Source: a virus
Direction: 5' to 3' (one strand)
DNA: 64,000 bases
IMG/VR virus record: IMGVR_UViG_3300035665_003403
Span: 64,001 to 128,000 of that record
The notes under the pieces are model-generated. The model worked only from the letters and a program-made list of their open reading frames with translations, did no database searches and was not told the origin of the DNA. The position numbers were made by a program, and so were the translations under genes. Shown one piece after another: positions 38,413-47,720 of this stretch; positions within the stretch are counted from its first letter, which is position 1; each line of letters starts with the position of its first letter.

Positions 38413-39813
38413 ATGGTAATAAGAACATTCTTCAGTAAGAATAACACTATAATTAATAACAGAAACATCAATACTGGAAGAAATCCGATAGTTGAATTAT
38501 ATTTTGGAGGTACTGATGCTACAAACACATTTAGTAGATTCATATTTAATTTTGACGTAGAGCGACTTAAATCACTTTATACTGGTAATACATTCACTGA
38601 CCTAACTAAATTAACACACACACTTAAATTAACCAATACGGGTTCTTTTGATACAGGTCTTTTAAATGGTAATTTCCAAGAAAAAAATAGAGCATCGTCT
38701 TTTGATTTAATTCTATTTAAGATACAACAAGATTGGGATGAAGGTGTTGGTTATGATTATGGGACATCAACACCAATATTAGGTGAAAACCCAACTTCAG
38801 TTATCCCATCAAATTGGGAACAAGCACAAACAGGTGTGTTTTGGTCTGGTGGTACGGGTGTTTATTCTGGCTCACCAAGTGGAATTACAATAACAACACA
38901 ACACTTCGATTTAGGTAATGAAAATATTAATATGGATATCACTGACTATATCAATGGTGTTATTACTGGAAATACACATCATGGTTTAGGAATTGCATTT
39001 CCTAGAGGTACTGAATTAACTCAAACTTCATCACCTAATTATGTTGGATTCTTCACCAGACATACCCAAACATTTTATGAACCGTATATTGAAACAATTT
39101 ATTCTAATCACATAACGGATGACAGAGATGATTTCTATTTAGATAAAAGAAATAAATTATACCTATACGTCAATTTATTGGGTACACCAACTAATTTAGA
39201 TTCATTACCAACAGTTTCAATATATGATAATAACGATACATTACTTATTTCAGGAAACACCGTAACTCACATTACCAAGGGTGTATACGCAACAGAATTA
39301 ACAATATATAGCTCAGCTTCAACAATAAATGATATCTATACTGATAGATGGAGCAACATAGTCATCAACGGCATTCAAAGACCATCAATTGATTTATCTT
39401 TTTCTTTAAAAGATAGCTTAGGTTATTATAATATTGGTGATAACAACATGCTTCCAAAAGAAGTATCTATTATTGTGTCTGGAATAAAAAGTAACGAAAG
39501 AATAAAACGTGGTGACACTAGAAAAGTAATCCTATTAACTAAGATACCATACACTGTAAACCAAACTCAGAAAATAGATTCTATAGAATATAGACTTTTC
39601 GTTAAAGAAGGTAACAATGAAATAACTGTAATAGATTATCAACCAGTTGAATTGGCTAATAATCACTATTATTTCTTATTGGATACACAAAGTTTAATTC
39701 CTAATACTTATTACATTGAATTTAAAGTGGAAACCAATCTTGTGGTTAAGACATTGAATAATGTGTTTCAATTTGAAATAACAAGCCAATCATTATCCAG
39801 AAACTCACAATGA
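38413..39813 (+). CDS. Virion structural protein (beta-rich)
   Basis: 466 aa, preceded by TATTTAT (38390-38396); WDEGVGYD and Ig-like C-terminal repeats. Confidence 0.65.
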   Translation: MVIRTFFSKNNTIINNRNINTGRNPIVELYFGGTDATNTFSRFIFNFDVERLKSLYTGNTFTDLTKLTHTLKLTNTGSFDTGLLNGNFQEKNRASSFDLILFKIQQDWDEGVGYDYGTSTPILGENPTSVIPSNWEQAQTGVFWSGGTGVYSGSPSGITITTQHFDLGNENINMDITDYINGVITGNTHHGLGIAFPRGTELTQTSSPNYVGFFTRHTQTFYEPYIETIYSNHITDDRDDFYLDKRNKLYLYVNLLGTPTNLDSLPTVSIYDNNDTLLISGNTVTHITKGVYATELTIYSSASTINDIYTDRWSNIVINGIQRPSIDLSFSLKDSLGYYNIGDNNMLPKEVSIIVSGIKSNERIKRGDTRKVILLTKIPYTVNQTQKIDSIEYRLFVKEGNNEITVIDYQPVELANNHYYFLLDTQSLIPNTYYIEFKVETNLVVKTLNNVFQFEITSQSLSRNSQ

Positions 39814-39989
39814 TAAACTCAATTAAAATTCTATTCATACTAACAATTCTATTATTTACACCATCATATTGTGGTAAGAAAAAACAAGAAAGAAAAGTCA
39901 AAAAAAATTATGAATATGATATCAAAAAACAAATCAAGAAGCATAATCAACCAAAAAGAAAAGTTATTGAGAAAAAAATAACTATTTGA
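39810..39989 (+). CDS. 59-aa secreted or lipoprotein-like basic protein (not in ORF track)
   Basis: MINSIKILFILTILLFTPSYCGKKKQ...; ATGA overlap with the upstream gene. Confidence 0.5.
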   Translation: MINSIKILFILTILLFTPSYCGKKKQERKVKKNYEYDIKKQIKKHNQPKRKVIEKKITI

Positions 39990-40044
39990 TGTTGACTATT
40001 TTTTAAATTAGTTTATATTTATTTCTGTACATTAACAAATACCC

Positions 40045-40105
40045 TATCGGTTTTGAGCCTTAATAAGCTTTAGAAATGTGATTTATTGCATTGAAGAAAT
40101 CGGTA
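40045..40105 (+). ncRNA. Candidate structured 5' leader (three-way junction)
   Basis: P1 TATCGGTTTT/GAAATCGGTA, P2 GAGC/GCTT, P3 AATGTGA/TTGCATT, with G-U pairs favouring the + strand. Confidence 0.4.
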
Positions 40106-40133
40106 AAATAACAAAAAATTAAAAACGTTAAAA

Positions 40134-40892
40134 ATGTATTACAACAAAACAATTGAGCTTAACCAAGCTCCAAGTGTTAATCTATGTATTAACAAATCTA
40201 GATTAAAAATCTACAACAAAAATAATTATTACCTTAAAGATGGTACCGAATTCAGCATTGAATTATTCAACCCTCTACGAGAATCGATTCTATGTAAGAT
40301 TTACTTAAACGGTAAATCAATATCATATAGCGGTCTTGTCCTTAAACCAGGACAAAGAGTTTTTCTAGAAAGATTCATTGATTCACCTAAGAAATTCTTA
40401 TTTGAAACTTACGAAGTGGATAATAACTCAACAACCAAAAATGCTATTGCTGAAAATGGTGATTTAAGTGTTGAGTTTTATTTGGAATCTAAACCAATCG
40501 TAGATAAGTGGTATTCTTATTCATCATATATTGACCTGTCGAACTACAATTCTGGAACCCCATTTAATTTATATAATTCTAATATTGGAACTGGTAGTTT
40601 AAATTCTGGTTCTTATGGTAGTGTCGTATCAACCAATTACTGTTCAAACGTAAACTCAAATAAAATAGAAACTGGTAGAATTGAAGAAGGTTCTAACTCT
40701 AATCAAAAATTTGTTTCATCAAATCAAAGTTTTGATATACTTCCATTCAATCTTCAATCATTTAAATTACTTCCATTAGAATCAAAATTTGTTACTTTGA
40801 AAGACACATTTGTTAAGCAATATTGTGTAAATTGTGGACATAAATTGAAACACACATATAAGTTTTGCCCATCATGCTCAACTAAAGTATAA
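40134..40892 (+). CDS. Hypothetical protein with a C-terminal zinc ribbon
   Basis: YCVNCG...KFCPSC. Confidence 0.8.
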   Translation: MYYNKTIELNQAPSVNLCINKSRLKIYNKNNYYLKDGTEFSIELFNPLRESILCKIYLNGKSISYSGLVLKPGQRVFLERFIDSPKKFLFETYEVDNNSTTKNAIAENGDLSVEFYLESKPIVDKWYSYSSYIDLSNYNSGTPFNLYNSNIGTGSLNSGSYGSVVSTNYCSNVNSNKIETGRIEEGSNSNQKFVSSNQSFDILPFNLQSFKLLPLESKFVTLKDTFVKQYCVNCGHKLKHTYKFCPSCSTKV

Positions 40893-40915
40893 TCATAAAA
40901 TTTGTTAATGTATAT

Positions 40916-40948
40916 AAAAAAAGCGTAGAAAAACTCTACGCTTTTTTT
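40916..40948 (+). terminator. Rho-independent terminator
   Basis: AAAAAAAGCGTAGA-aaaac-TCTACGCTTTTTTT. Confidence 0.9.
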
Positions 40949-40978
40949 ATTTTTAGTAAGTTTGTTAAAAAAATTATT

Positions 40979-41143
40979 ATGTTATTAGCCCAAACTCAAG
41001 ATACAATCGATTCTACATTAGAAACCCTTGTTAATTCAAATTATTTAGAAATTATCAAAAACTTAGTTAACGATATTCACAATGATACCGACTTAGGTTT
41101 CGAAGTTAGAAAATTAATAAGTGATTTGACTAGTGGGTCTTAA
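40979..41143 (+). CDS. 54-aa hypothetical protein (not in ORF track)
   Basis: MLLAQTQDTIDSTLE...HNDTDLGFEVRK; TAAGTTTG box at 40957-40964. Confidence 0.55.
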   Translation: MLLAQTQDTIDSTLETLVNSNYLEIIKNLVNDIHNDTDLGFEVRKLISDLTSGS

Positions 41144-41461
41144 CAATAATTTATAGCAGTTATTACCTAAGCTATCTATATCGTTTTTCCACTTGAATCC
41201 CAAGTCCATTTCTCCTTCGCTAGGTAACATAAAATTAGCGTTACCATATTCAGTTATGGTTCTATTTACGAAATCATCTAGCTTTGCTATATCTTCTTGT
41301 TCTAATCCACTATCATCTCCATTTATTAATGAAGATATAGCCCATTCTGGGATAGTAAACTCAAGGATGTCATCCATTTCTTCACCTCTTTCTTTAAGGT
41401 AAGTATTTTCAGCTATTATATTAGCTTTTTTCATTGTTTTAAATCTGTCTTTGCTTCTCAT
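41114..41461 (-). CDS. Hypothetical protein (start revised to ATG 41461)
   Basis: TATTTAT lies 4 nt upstream; IPEWAISSLINGDDSGLE domain. Confidence 0.65.
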   Translation of the reverse strand: MRSKDRFKTMKKANIIAENTYLKERGEEMDDILEFTIPEWAISSLINGDDSGLEQEDIAKLDDFVNRTITEYGNANFMLPSEGEMDLGFKWKNDIDSLGNNCYKLLLRPTSQITY

Positions 41462-41474
41462 ATTAATAAATATA

Positions 41475-42620
41475 TCAATCAATCTCATTAGTCTTGGAAA
41501 AATGAGTCAATGACTCCTTTCCATCATCAGTCTTAAGCCATTCTTTATAGTTTTTCTTATCTTCCTTAGATAATTTGCTAACTAATCTCTTTCTATCATC
41601 GTCATCACCAATTGGTGATAATTCACCCTTTGGACTATCATAATGTTGAAATAGACCTGTACGTAACATTTCTAAATATCTTTTTCCTCTAGCTGATTTT
41701 GATTTTAATTCTTCTTCTATCATTTTTTTATGCTTCATTTCATCAACAATATCTTGAGCCTGAGAATCCCACTTAACTATTATTTCAGTACCAAAAAACT
41801 CATCTTTCTGTTTATGGTCTGATACTCTTATTTTGGGTTCAATAATATAAAATGAATTTGTACTATTAGAATATCTTATTTTAAAACCTTTTTCACTTAA
41901 CCATTTAGCTATATATTTTATTTTTACACCAGTTAATATGTTTACAAAAGAACCTATAGAGTGTGAACCCTTATTTTTTGGATAATTTTGAAAGGCTCTT
42001 AAATTTAGCTTTTTACCACCAGATAACGTTGTAAATTCAAACTTTAAATTAGGGAAGAACTTTTTACCCTCATCAAATAATTTTTTCATAAATTCTTCAT
42101 CAGGAATACCATCAGTCTCTTCATTTAAACTTGTATTTTTAACCTGGTTAAATACACATCTATGGAAATCATCATAACTTAAATCACCACCCAATACTAT
42201 AATTGGATTTTGTTTTATTGTTAGTTCCACATTAAGTGGCTTATTAAGCGTTTTCGCTGCGTAATAGCGATGATGTCCATCTTCAATGTAAAAAGCCCCA
42301 TTCTCATATGTAACCTCTATAGGTTCGCTTAAATCAACCTTTTTTGACCATGTTTTCTTAGCGGTACCTAAACCCAATCCTGTTTTCTTTGCAAAATGTT
42401 CGATTTCGTGAAGAACATTAAGATAATCATCCTTCCATTTAACCTTTAATTTATCTGGTGTAATGGTCTTTATGTCATCAAATGAAAAACCATAAGCTGC
42501 TCTATCCAAAGCTTCAATAGATATACCACCAGAACGTAATAATTCTTCAGATGTATTAAATTTATATACCTCATCAATTATTTCTTGTGTTATTTTTATT
42601 GGGTTACATTTATTAATCAT
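41475..42620 (-). CDS. Multidomain protein with a ParB/Srx-like domain
   Basis: EPIEV...FYIEDGHHRYYAA; further modules separated by LNEE and IEEE linkers. Confidence 0.65.
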   Translation of the reverse strand: MINKCNPIKITQEIIDEVYKFNTSEELLRSGGISIEALDRAAYGFSFDDIKTITPDKLKVKWKDDYLNVLHEIEHFAKKTGLGLGTAKKTWSKKVDLSEPIEVTYENGAFYIEDGHHRYYAAKTLNKPLNVELTIKQNPIIVLGGDLSYDDFHRCVFNQVKNTSLNEETDGIPDEEFMKKLFDEGKKFFPNLKFEFTTLSGGKKLNLRAFQNYPKNKGSHSIGSFVNILTGVKIKYIAKWLSEKGFKIRYSNSTNSFYIIEPKIRVSDHKQKDEFFGTEIIVKWDSQAQDIVDEMKHKKMIEEELKSKSARGKRYLEMLRTGLFQHYDSPKGELSPIGDDDDRKRLVSKLSKEDKKNYKEWLKTDDGKESLTHFSKTNEID

Positions 42621-43168
42621 AACTTATAAACTTTTATCACCTTACAACCAACACCTTTATTTTTAACAACTATTTCATGCTCATTTGGAAAAGCTAAGTT
42701 TTGAACAATAGTTCTTACCGCATTAATCTCACTCAATGGACATGAAACTTCCATCACATATGGTTTAACCCCATCTTCCCAATTTTCATAACCTATTGAC
42801 ATCAATAAATCACCATTCAATAACCATTTGTAAGGTGTGAAAGATTCACCCTTATTATTTAAATCAATTAATTTCTTATTCTTAACTCCAACAATCCTGT
42901 AAAGAGTTATTGGGTCACCCATATCATTATATTCAACAATTTTATCATTAAGATATTCTTCAGCATCTTCTGAGGTATTAAACCCCTCATGACCCAAATA
43001 ATCAATAATTTCTGGAGTATCATCAACAGATATATCTTTAAATGAATTCAAACCATCAATGAATTTATTTTTACGAACATTATATGGTAACTTACTCATG
43101 TAAGTAGAATAGTTATCCAATGCCTCATTTAATAACTTTTTTATTGTATTTTTATAATCAGTAATCAT
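42617..43168 (-). CDS. ADP-ribosyltransferase-like protein (R-S-E pattern)
   Basis: ITLYR, GESFT, NEHEIVV (ExE). Confidence 0.5.
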   Translation of the reverse strand: MITDYKNTIKKLLNEALDNYSTYMSKLPYNVRKNKFIDGLNSFKDISVDDTPEIIDYLGHEGFNTSEDAEEYLNDKIVEYNDMGDPITLYRIVGVKNKKLIDLNNKGESFTPYKWLLNGDLLMSIGYENWEDGVKPYVMEVSCPLSEINAVRTIVQNLAFPNEHEIVVKNKGVGCKVIKVYKL

Positions 43169-43221
43169 TTACCATAAGTTTACCTAACAACCCTTCTATA
43201 TGCATTCTAGTTTTTAAATCT

Positions 43222-43953
43222 CTAACCTTGTTTTTTTCTTTTGATAGAGGCTTTTAAATTATTAGCATATTTCATTGGGTTTGATTTCATATATAACAAA
43301 GCTGCACCTAAATTATCAAAATGATTATCAATTCCCAATATCAATGCATTCAAATCAATCCCATCTGGAAATACGTCATTAACCCACGAAGAATCCGATG
43401 TCATCAAGTTAACAATATCTTGTAATATCATCATCTGATTTTCATCCAACCTTAATGAATTTAAAAATGCATTTTTACCCATAGGATTACCATTATGGTT
43501 TCCATTAAACTGACTTACCAAATCATAGTTAGTTTCACTTATTGATTCCGATTCACCAATAACCCTATCATACATACTATGAACAATACCATCCATTTCA
43601 TCCTTTAATTCTTCTGGAGTAATTTCTGGTTTTAACCAATAATAAACTTGTCCTTCATCATCATCTGAAAATAGTAATCCGTAACCTTCTAAATTATGTA
43701 GTATTTTTTTCTCGTATGGTGAATTAGAACTATAATACCCATCATCCATATTTTTAGTTAATCCATTAAATACATTCTCACCAGATTGAATCAAAAATTT
43801 ATATTCATCCCTGGTAATATGTGTTCCACTATTATGGTCACTATAATAACCACCATCAGATGCCACTCTTTCATTCTCATTTAATTTCTTGGTCACTTTC
43901 CAGAAATTTTCAATAATTAATTTATCCCTTTCTTTTATACTTATCTTTTTCAT
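43222..43953 (-). CDS. Hypothetical protein
   Basis: 243 aa; TATTTAT at 43969-43975. Confidence 0.7.
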   Translation of the reverse strand: MKKISIKERDKLIIENFWKVTKKLNENERVASDGGYYSDHNSGTHITRDEYKFLIQSGENVFNGLTKNMDDGYYSSNSPYEKKILHNLEGYGLLFSDDDEGQVYYWLKPEITPEELKDEMDGIVHSMYDRVIGESESISETNYDLVSQFNGNHNGNPMGKNAFLNSLRLDENQMMILQDIVNLMTSDSSWVNDVFPDGIDLNALILGIDNHFDNLGAALLYMKSNPMKYANNLKASIKRKKQG

Positions 43954-43980
43954 AAAATTGATTTATATATAAATATCCCA

Positions 43981-45675
43981 TTAATCAACAATAAACTCAT
44001 ATTTAAATAATCCACAATCCCATATCCTATCATAACCTAATTCGGTCATCAATTGCTTCTCAGACTTACTAAAATCCAAATGAGGAAACTTCTTTTTTAA
44101 AGAATTCTTCCCAAATCCAAATTTATGTAGTCTCTTGGTTCTAGATATACTAGAATTGAAATACCTATAATCTGGACCTAATATTTTAACACATTTAAAC
44201 CCAATCGATAAATACATGTTTTTATTTCCATCAATCCAACGCACATCACCAAATGATATAATTTTTTCTGGTTGATATAGTTTTATGAAATGCTTCATTA
44301 ATTTATTAGCTATACCAGTAATCTTATATTCATTCGTTGTAGCGAATCTACTCAAATCATAAACACCATCTACCTTACCAGAATTCATTCCTCTAACACC
44401 ATTAAATGTCATAATAGCAACTAATTTATTATCAAAGAAAGCACCTAAACATATATTGGTCGCATCATTACCCTGGATATGGTATTTCTTTAAAAATTCC
44501 TTCTTAGATTCTAAATCAACTTCCCTAATATCACATTTCCTAGCACCTATATTTTTATTCTTATTCACCCCAAGTATATAGTCTATTTTATTAAGCACCA
44601 ACTCTCTATTATTAACCCATTCATCTTCAAATATATGAATTAATCGATACCCAATACTATTCATTAGCTTTGTTTTTGTTAGATGAAATTGCCTATCCTT
44701 ACCAAATTTTTCACTATGATAATACAATCCATTATATTCTATACCTAATTTTAGGTCATCTATTAATATATCAATCTCAACCCCTGATAATAATTTTTTA
44801 TCATTCATCTTAACAGTAAATCCCAATTCGGCAATATGATTATAAATTTCTATTTGAGCTTTACTGGAAAATACGTTTTCATGTAATCTTAACCCATTAT
44901 CATATCTAACCCTTAACTCATCTTTGTATCTATTTGAAAGAATCTTATCATTAGGATACTTTATCCTATATTCAAATAATGTAATACCATGTTTATTCAA
45001 ATGCTTAGCACCCAAATATCTAAGTTTTTTACCACAAATATTACAAATAACGTGATTATCCTCTAACAACAAATCCTTATTCTTTATATAATTCTTATGA
45101 AATACAATATCCTCTGGGAACCTAACCAAATAATCATTTAAACCAATCTCATGTTTAATTAAATGATTCTCAAAACACCCAGTCCTATTATCAACATCAC
45201 TCGTAACCCAATTACATAATTTACATTTCCTAGTCAAGGTCTCTTCAACTTCAATTATATCAAAATATTCCTCAAACCATTTTTTACCATACTCTAACTC
45301 ATACTTCTTTCGTTGATATGTGTTGTTTGGTATGGGTACATCACCATATGTCTTTATAATATGATTAGTTAAAACCCCAGATAAATTATTTGGGTCGTCA
45401 AACTCTAATTTTGTTTGCTTACAAACTGCAATGAATTTTTTACCATCACTACCAATATATTTGTTGGTCTTACTTTTTTCTATAATAACACTATTACCAT
45501 CCTTGACTTGACCACCACGCTTTTTAATTGATATAAGGTTATCATTTAATATTTTGGTTATCTTCTTATGCCCCACACTAAATCTCTTTCCTAACTCATG
45601 TGTGCTGATATTTTCTGATTGATATAATTTAATGATGGTATTTTCATCGTCCTTGGTTAATATTGTTTTACTCAT
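43981..45675 (-). CDS. Hef-like free-standing endonuclease (zinc fingers, PD-(D/E)xK/DUF559-like domain, GNAT-like C-terminus)
   Basis: CxxC..H fingers; EIDILI..LKLGIEYNGLYYHS; LIHIFEDEW; IGARKC, LSRFA, RIWDCG. Confidence 0.75.
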   Translation of the reverse strand: MSKTILTKDDENTIIKLYQSENISTHELGKRFSVGHKKITKILNDNLISIKKRGGQVKDGNSVIIEKSKTNKYIGSDGKKFIAVCKQTKLEFDDPNNLSGVLTNHIIKTYGDVPIPNNTYQRKKYELEYGKKWFEEYFDIIEVEETLTRKCKLCNWVTSDVDNRTGCFENHLIKHEIGLNDYLVRFPEDIVFHKNYIKNKDLLLEDNHVICNICGKKLRYLGAKHLNKHGITLFEYRIKYPNDKILSNRYKDELRVRYDNGLRLHENVFSSKAQIEIYNHIAELGFTVKMNDKKLLSGVEIDILIDDLKLGIEYNGLYYHSEKFGKDRQFHLTKTKLMNSIGYRLIHIFEDEWVNNRELVLNKIDYILGVNKNKNIGARKCDIREVDLESKKEFLKKYHIQGNDATNICLGAFFDNKLVAIMTFNGVRGMNSGKVDGVYDLSRFATTNEYKITGIANKLMKHFIKLYQPEKIISFGDVRWIDGNKNMYLSIGFKCVKILGPDYRYFNSSISRTKRLHKFGFGKNSLKKKFPHLDFSKSEKQLMTELGYDRIWDCGLFKYEFIVD

Positions 45676-45757
45676 AATTTTTATTCAAACTTACTAAATT
45701 ATTTTCATATAAATACACTTATAACCAATTTATTTTTATTCCATTTAAATTTACACC

Positions 45758-45794
45758 AAAAAAAAAGTCCAGCATTTCTGCCAGACTTTTTTTT
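45758..45794 (-). terminator. Terminator after the major capsid gene
   Basis: Minus strand GTCTGGCA-gaaa-TGCTGGAC followed by a T run. Confidence 0.85.
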
Positions 45795-45811
45795 CAAATA
45801 TTTCTTAGTGA

Positions 45812-47674
45812 TTATCTAAGTTCGTTGATGTTGAATGTTGGTACACCATCTACTCTAACATGTCCATAGAACCTGTTATTTACAAGCTTCTTCGCGTAAC
45901 GTGTCATGATTCCTTTTACAGGTGCGAAGTTAAATGGATTATACATTGTTGGAGTCAATTGCATTGGTACGTAAGGAGCATAGATATATCCTGTATCCAA
46001 TAATGATTTTCCTTTATGACCAATGATAATTGAGTAAGCTGGAGCATAAGGGTCACGATACACTTGGTAACGTCCACTTAAAGAACCAATTCTTTCAATA
46101 CCCATGTTATAAGTATCTTGTTCTGGAGATGCATCAGATACGTGGAAATATTCCAAGTTATCGAATATCGCAGAGATTTCAGAAGAAACTACGATGAAGT
46201 TAGCACCACCTCTAAGAGTTGCTTTATGGATTTGAGCAGAAACTTGGTTTACACGAGTAATAAGTTCTTGGTTCCAGTCCTTTTGAGTATATGGGTTAGC
46301 AGCACTTGAAGATTTTCTCCAACCGTTATAATCCCATCTCAACTGCCATGCAGCACCTTTACGTAAATCTCTAAGGATTTCACGGTCAATTTCAGCAGCT
46401 ACTTGTTCTGATAACATTGCAGTTAATTCAGCTTCAGCATCGATGTTGTGGAATGCACTAACGTCTTGAGCCAATTCTGGTGACCATGTTGCACGTAATT
46501 TTCTTTCTTCAACAGAAACAGTTACTTCATCCAATGAGAATGATACTTCACCCATTTCAGTTTCAAGTTCTAATGATGCGTATTGTGCCCAAGCAACAGT
46601 AAACGATGCTCCAGATACACCAGCAGAAGCTGTAGCTAAATTAGCAGGTGCAGAACTATTGTTTACAAAGAATGCAGTAGTTCGTCCAGTTGCACCAACA
46701 TAACCATCAAATGTAGCAGTACCATTAGCAGGTACTGGACCACTTAAGTCAAGACCTAAGTACAAAGTACCAGTTGCGTCAGTTAAGTTAGAATAGTTAA
46801 CAATACCTTTACCATATTGTTGAGTTACAACTCTAAAAGGAATTTCCTTATTAGCATCAATAATTGTGTTATTATTCGGGTCACGAATAACACCATTAGA
46901 GATTACGTGCAATGAAGCCAAGAAAGATTCAGTATCCATTTGGTTACCATCAGCACCAGTCAAAACTGATTTGTTAGTTGCACCTGGAGTAAATCCCGTT
47001 ACACCAATAACAACTTGTCTAACTGTACCATCAGTTGCAAGTGGTTGTGTACCACCGTTAGCAATAGCCGTATAAGTACCATTTGAATCTAAAGTCCAGC
47101 TGTTATATCCACCAGTAACGATTGTAAGAGTACCTTTTGAGTTATCAAACAAACCATCATTGTAGAATGCATCATACAAGTTTTTAGCTTGCATTTGAGT
47201 TATAGCACAATTAGCAGTGTTAACACAACTTGGAATACCTGTTGAGGCAAAACTAGTGTGAGCTGAATATGTTGTACCATAAACATCAGAAGATGATGTG
47301 GTTGTATAATCATTACCAGCAACACCAGCACCGTCTACACGAGAAGATGTTTGTGGTATGAAATAAAACAATTTACCAATTGGTAAGTTCATAGCTTGAA
47401 CTGAAACTAAGTCATTAGCCAAAAGCTTAGAGAATACTCTACGTACAATTGGGAAAACAACAGTTTCGAATGAACCTGAATTAGTTGCTGTAGTTGTTTC
47501 TTTCAACAACGATGTTGCTTGGTTTTCAAAAAGAATCGCAACGTTTTCTCTGATGTGTCCTTTAAGACCATCTAGGAACCCTATTGATTCCCATTTTTCT
47601 TGTGTTTCTTTACGGACAGCTTTCATATGGTCTAAACCAATATTTCCAACTAATCCTGAATTTAATATCGACAT
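45812..47674 (-). CDS. gp23: Major capsid protein (T4 gp23-like)
   Basis: FPIVRRVF, VSVQAMNLP, RKLRATWSPELAQD, EIDREI, YAPYVP, GIMTRY. Confidence 0.97.
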   Translation of the reverse strand: MSILNSGLVGNIGLDHMKAVRKETQEKWESIGFLDGLKGHIRENVAILFENQATSLLKETTTATNSGSFETVVFPIVRRVFSKLLANDLVSVQAMNLPIGKLFYFIPQTSSRVDGAGVAGNDYTTTSSSDVYGTTYSAHTSFASTGIPSCVNTANCAITQMQAKNLYDAFYNDGLFDNSKGTLTIVTGGYNSWTLDSNGTYTAIANGGTQPLATDGTVRQVVIGVTGFTPGATNKSVLTGADGNQMDTESFLASLHVISNGVIRDPNNNTIIDANKEIPFRVVTQQYGKGIVNYSNLTDATGTLYLGLDLSGPVPANGTATFDGYVGATGRTTAFFVNNSSAPANLATASAGVSGASFTVAWAQYASLELETEMGEVSFSLDEVTVSVEERKLRATWSPELAQDVSAFHNIDAEAELTAMLSEQVAAEIDREILRDLRKGAAWQLRWDYNGWRKSSSAANPYTQKDWNQELITRVNQVSAQIHKATLRGGANFIVVSSEISAIFDNLEYFHVSDASPEQDTYNMGIERIGSLSGRYQVYRDPYAPAYSIIIGHKGKSLLDTGYIYAPYVPMQLTPTMYNPFNFAPVKGIMTRYAKKLVNNRFYGHVRVDGVPTFNINELR

Positions 47675-47720
47675 TTTTTATTTATTTTTGTCTTTTGTTA
47701 TTTTTTTTTTTATCTGAGAA

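Noticed and set aside
40045-40105. Hammerhead ribozyme or purine riboswitch identity for the three-way junction
   Set aside because: It lacks the CUGAnGA core and the purine-riboswitch junction consensus; kept only as an unclassified structure.
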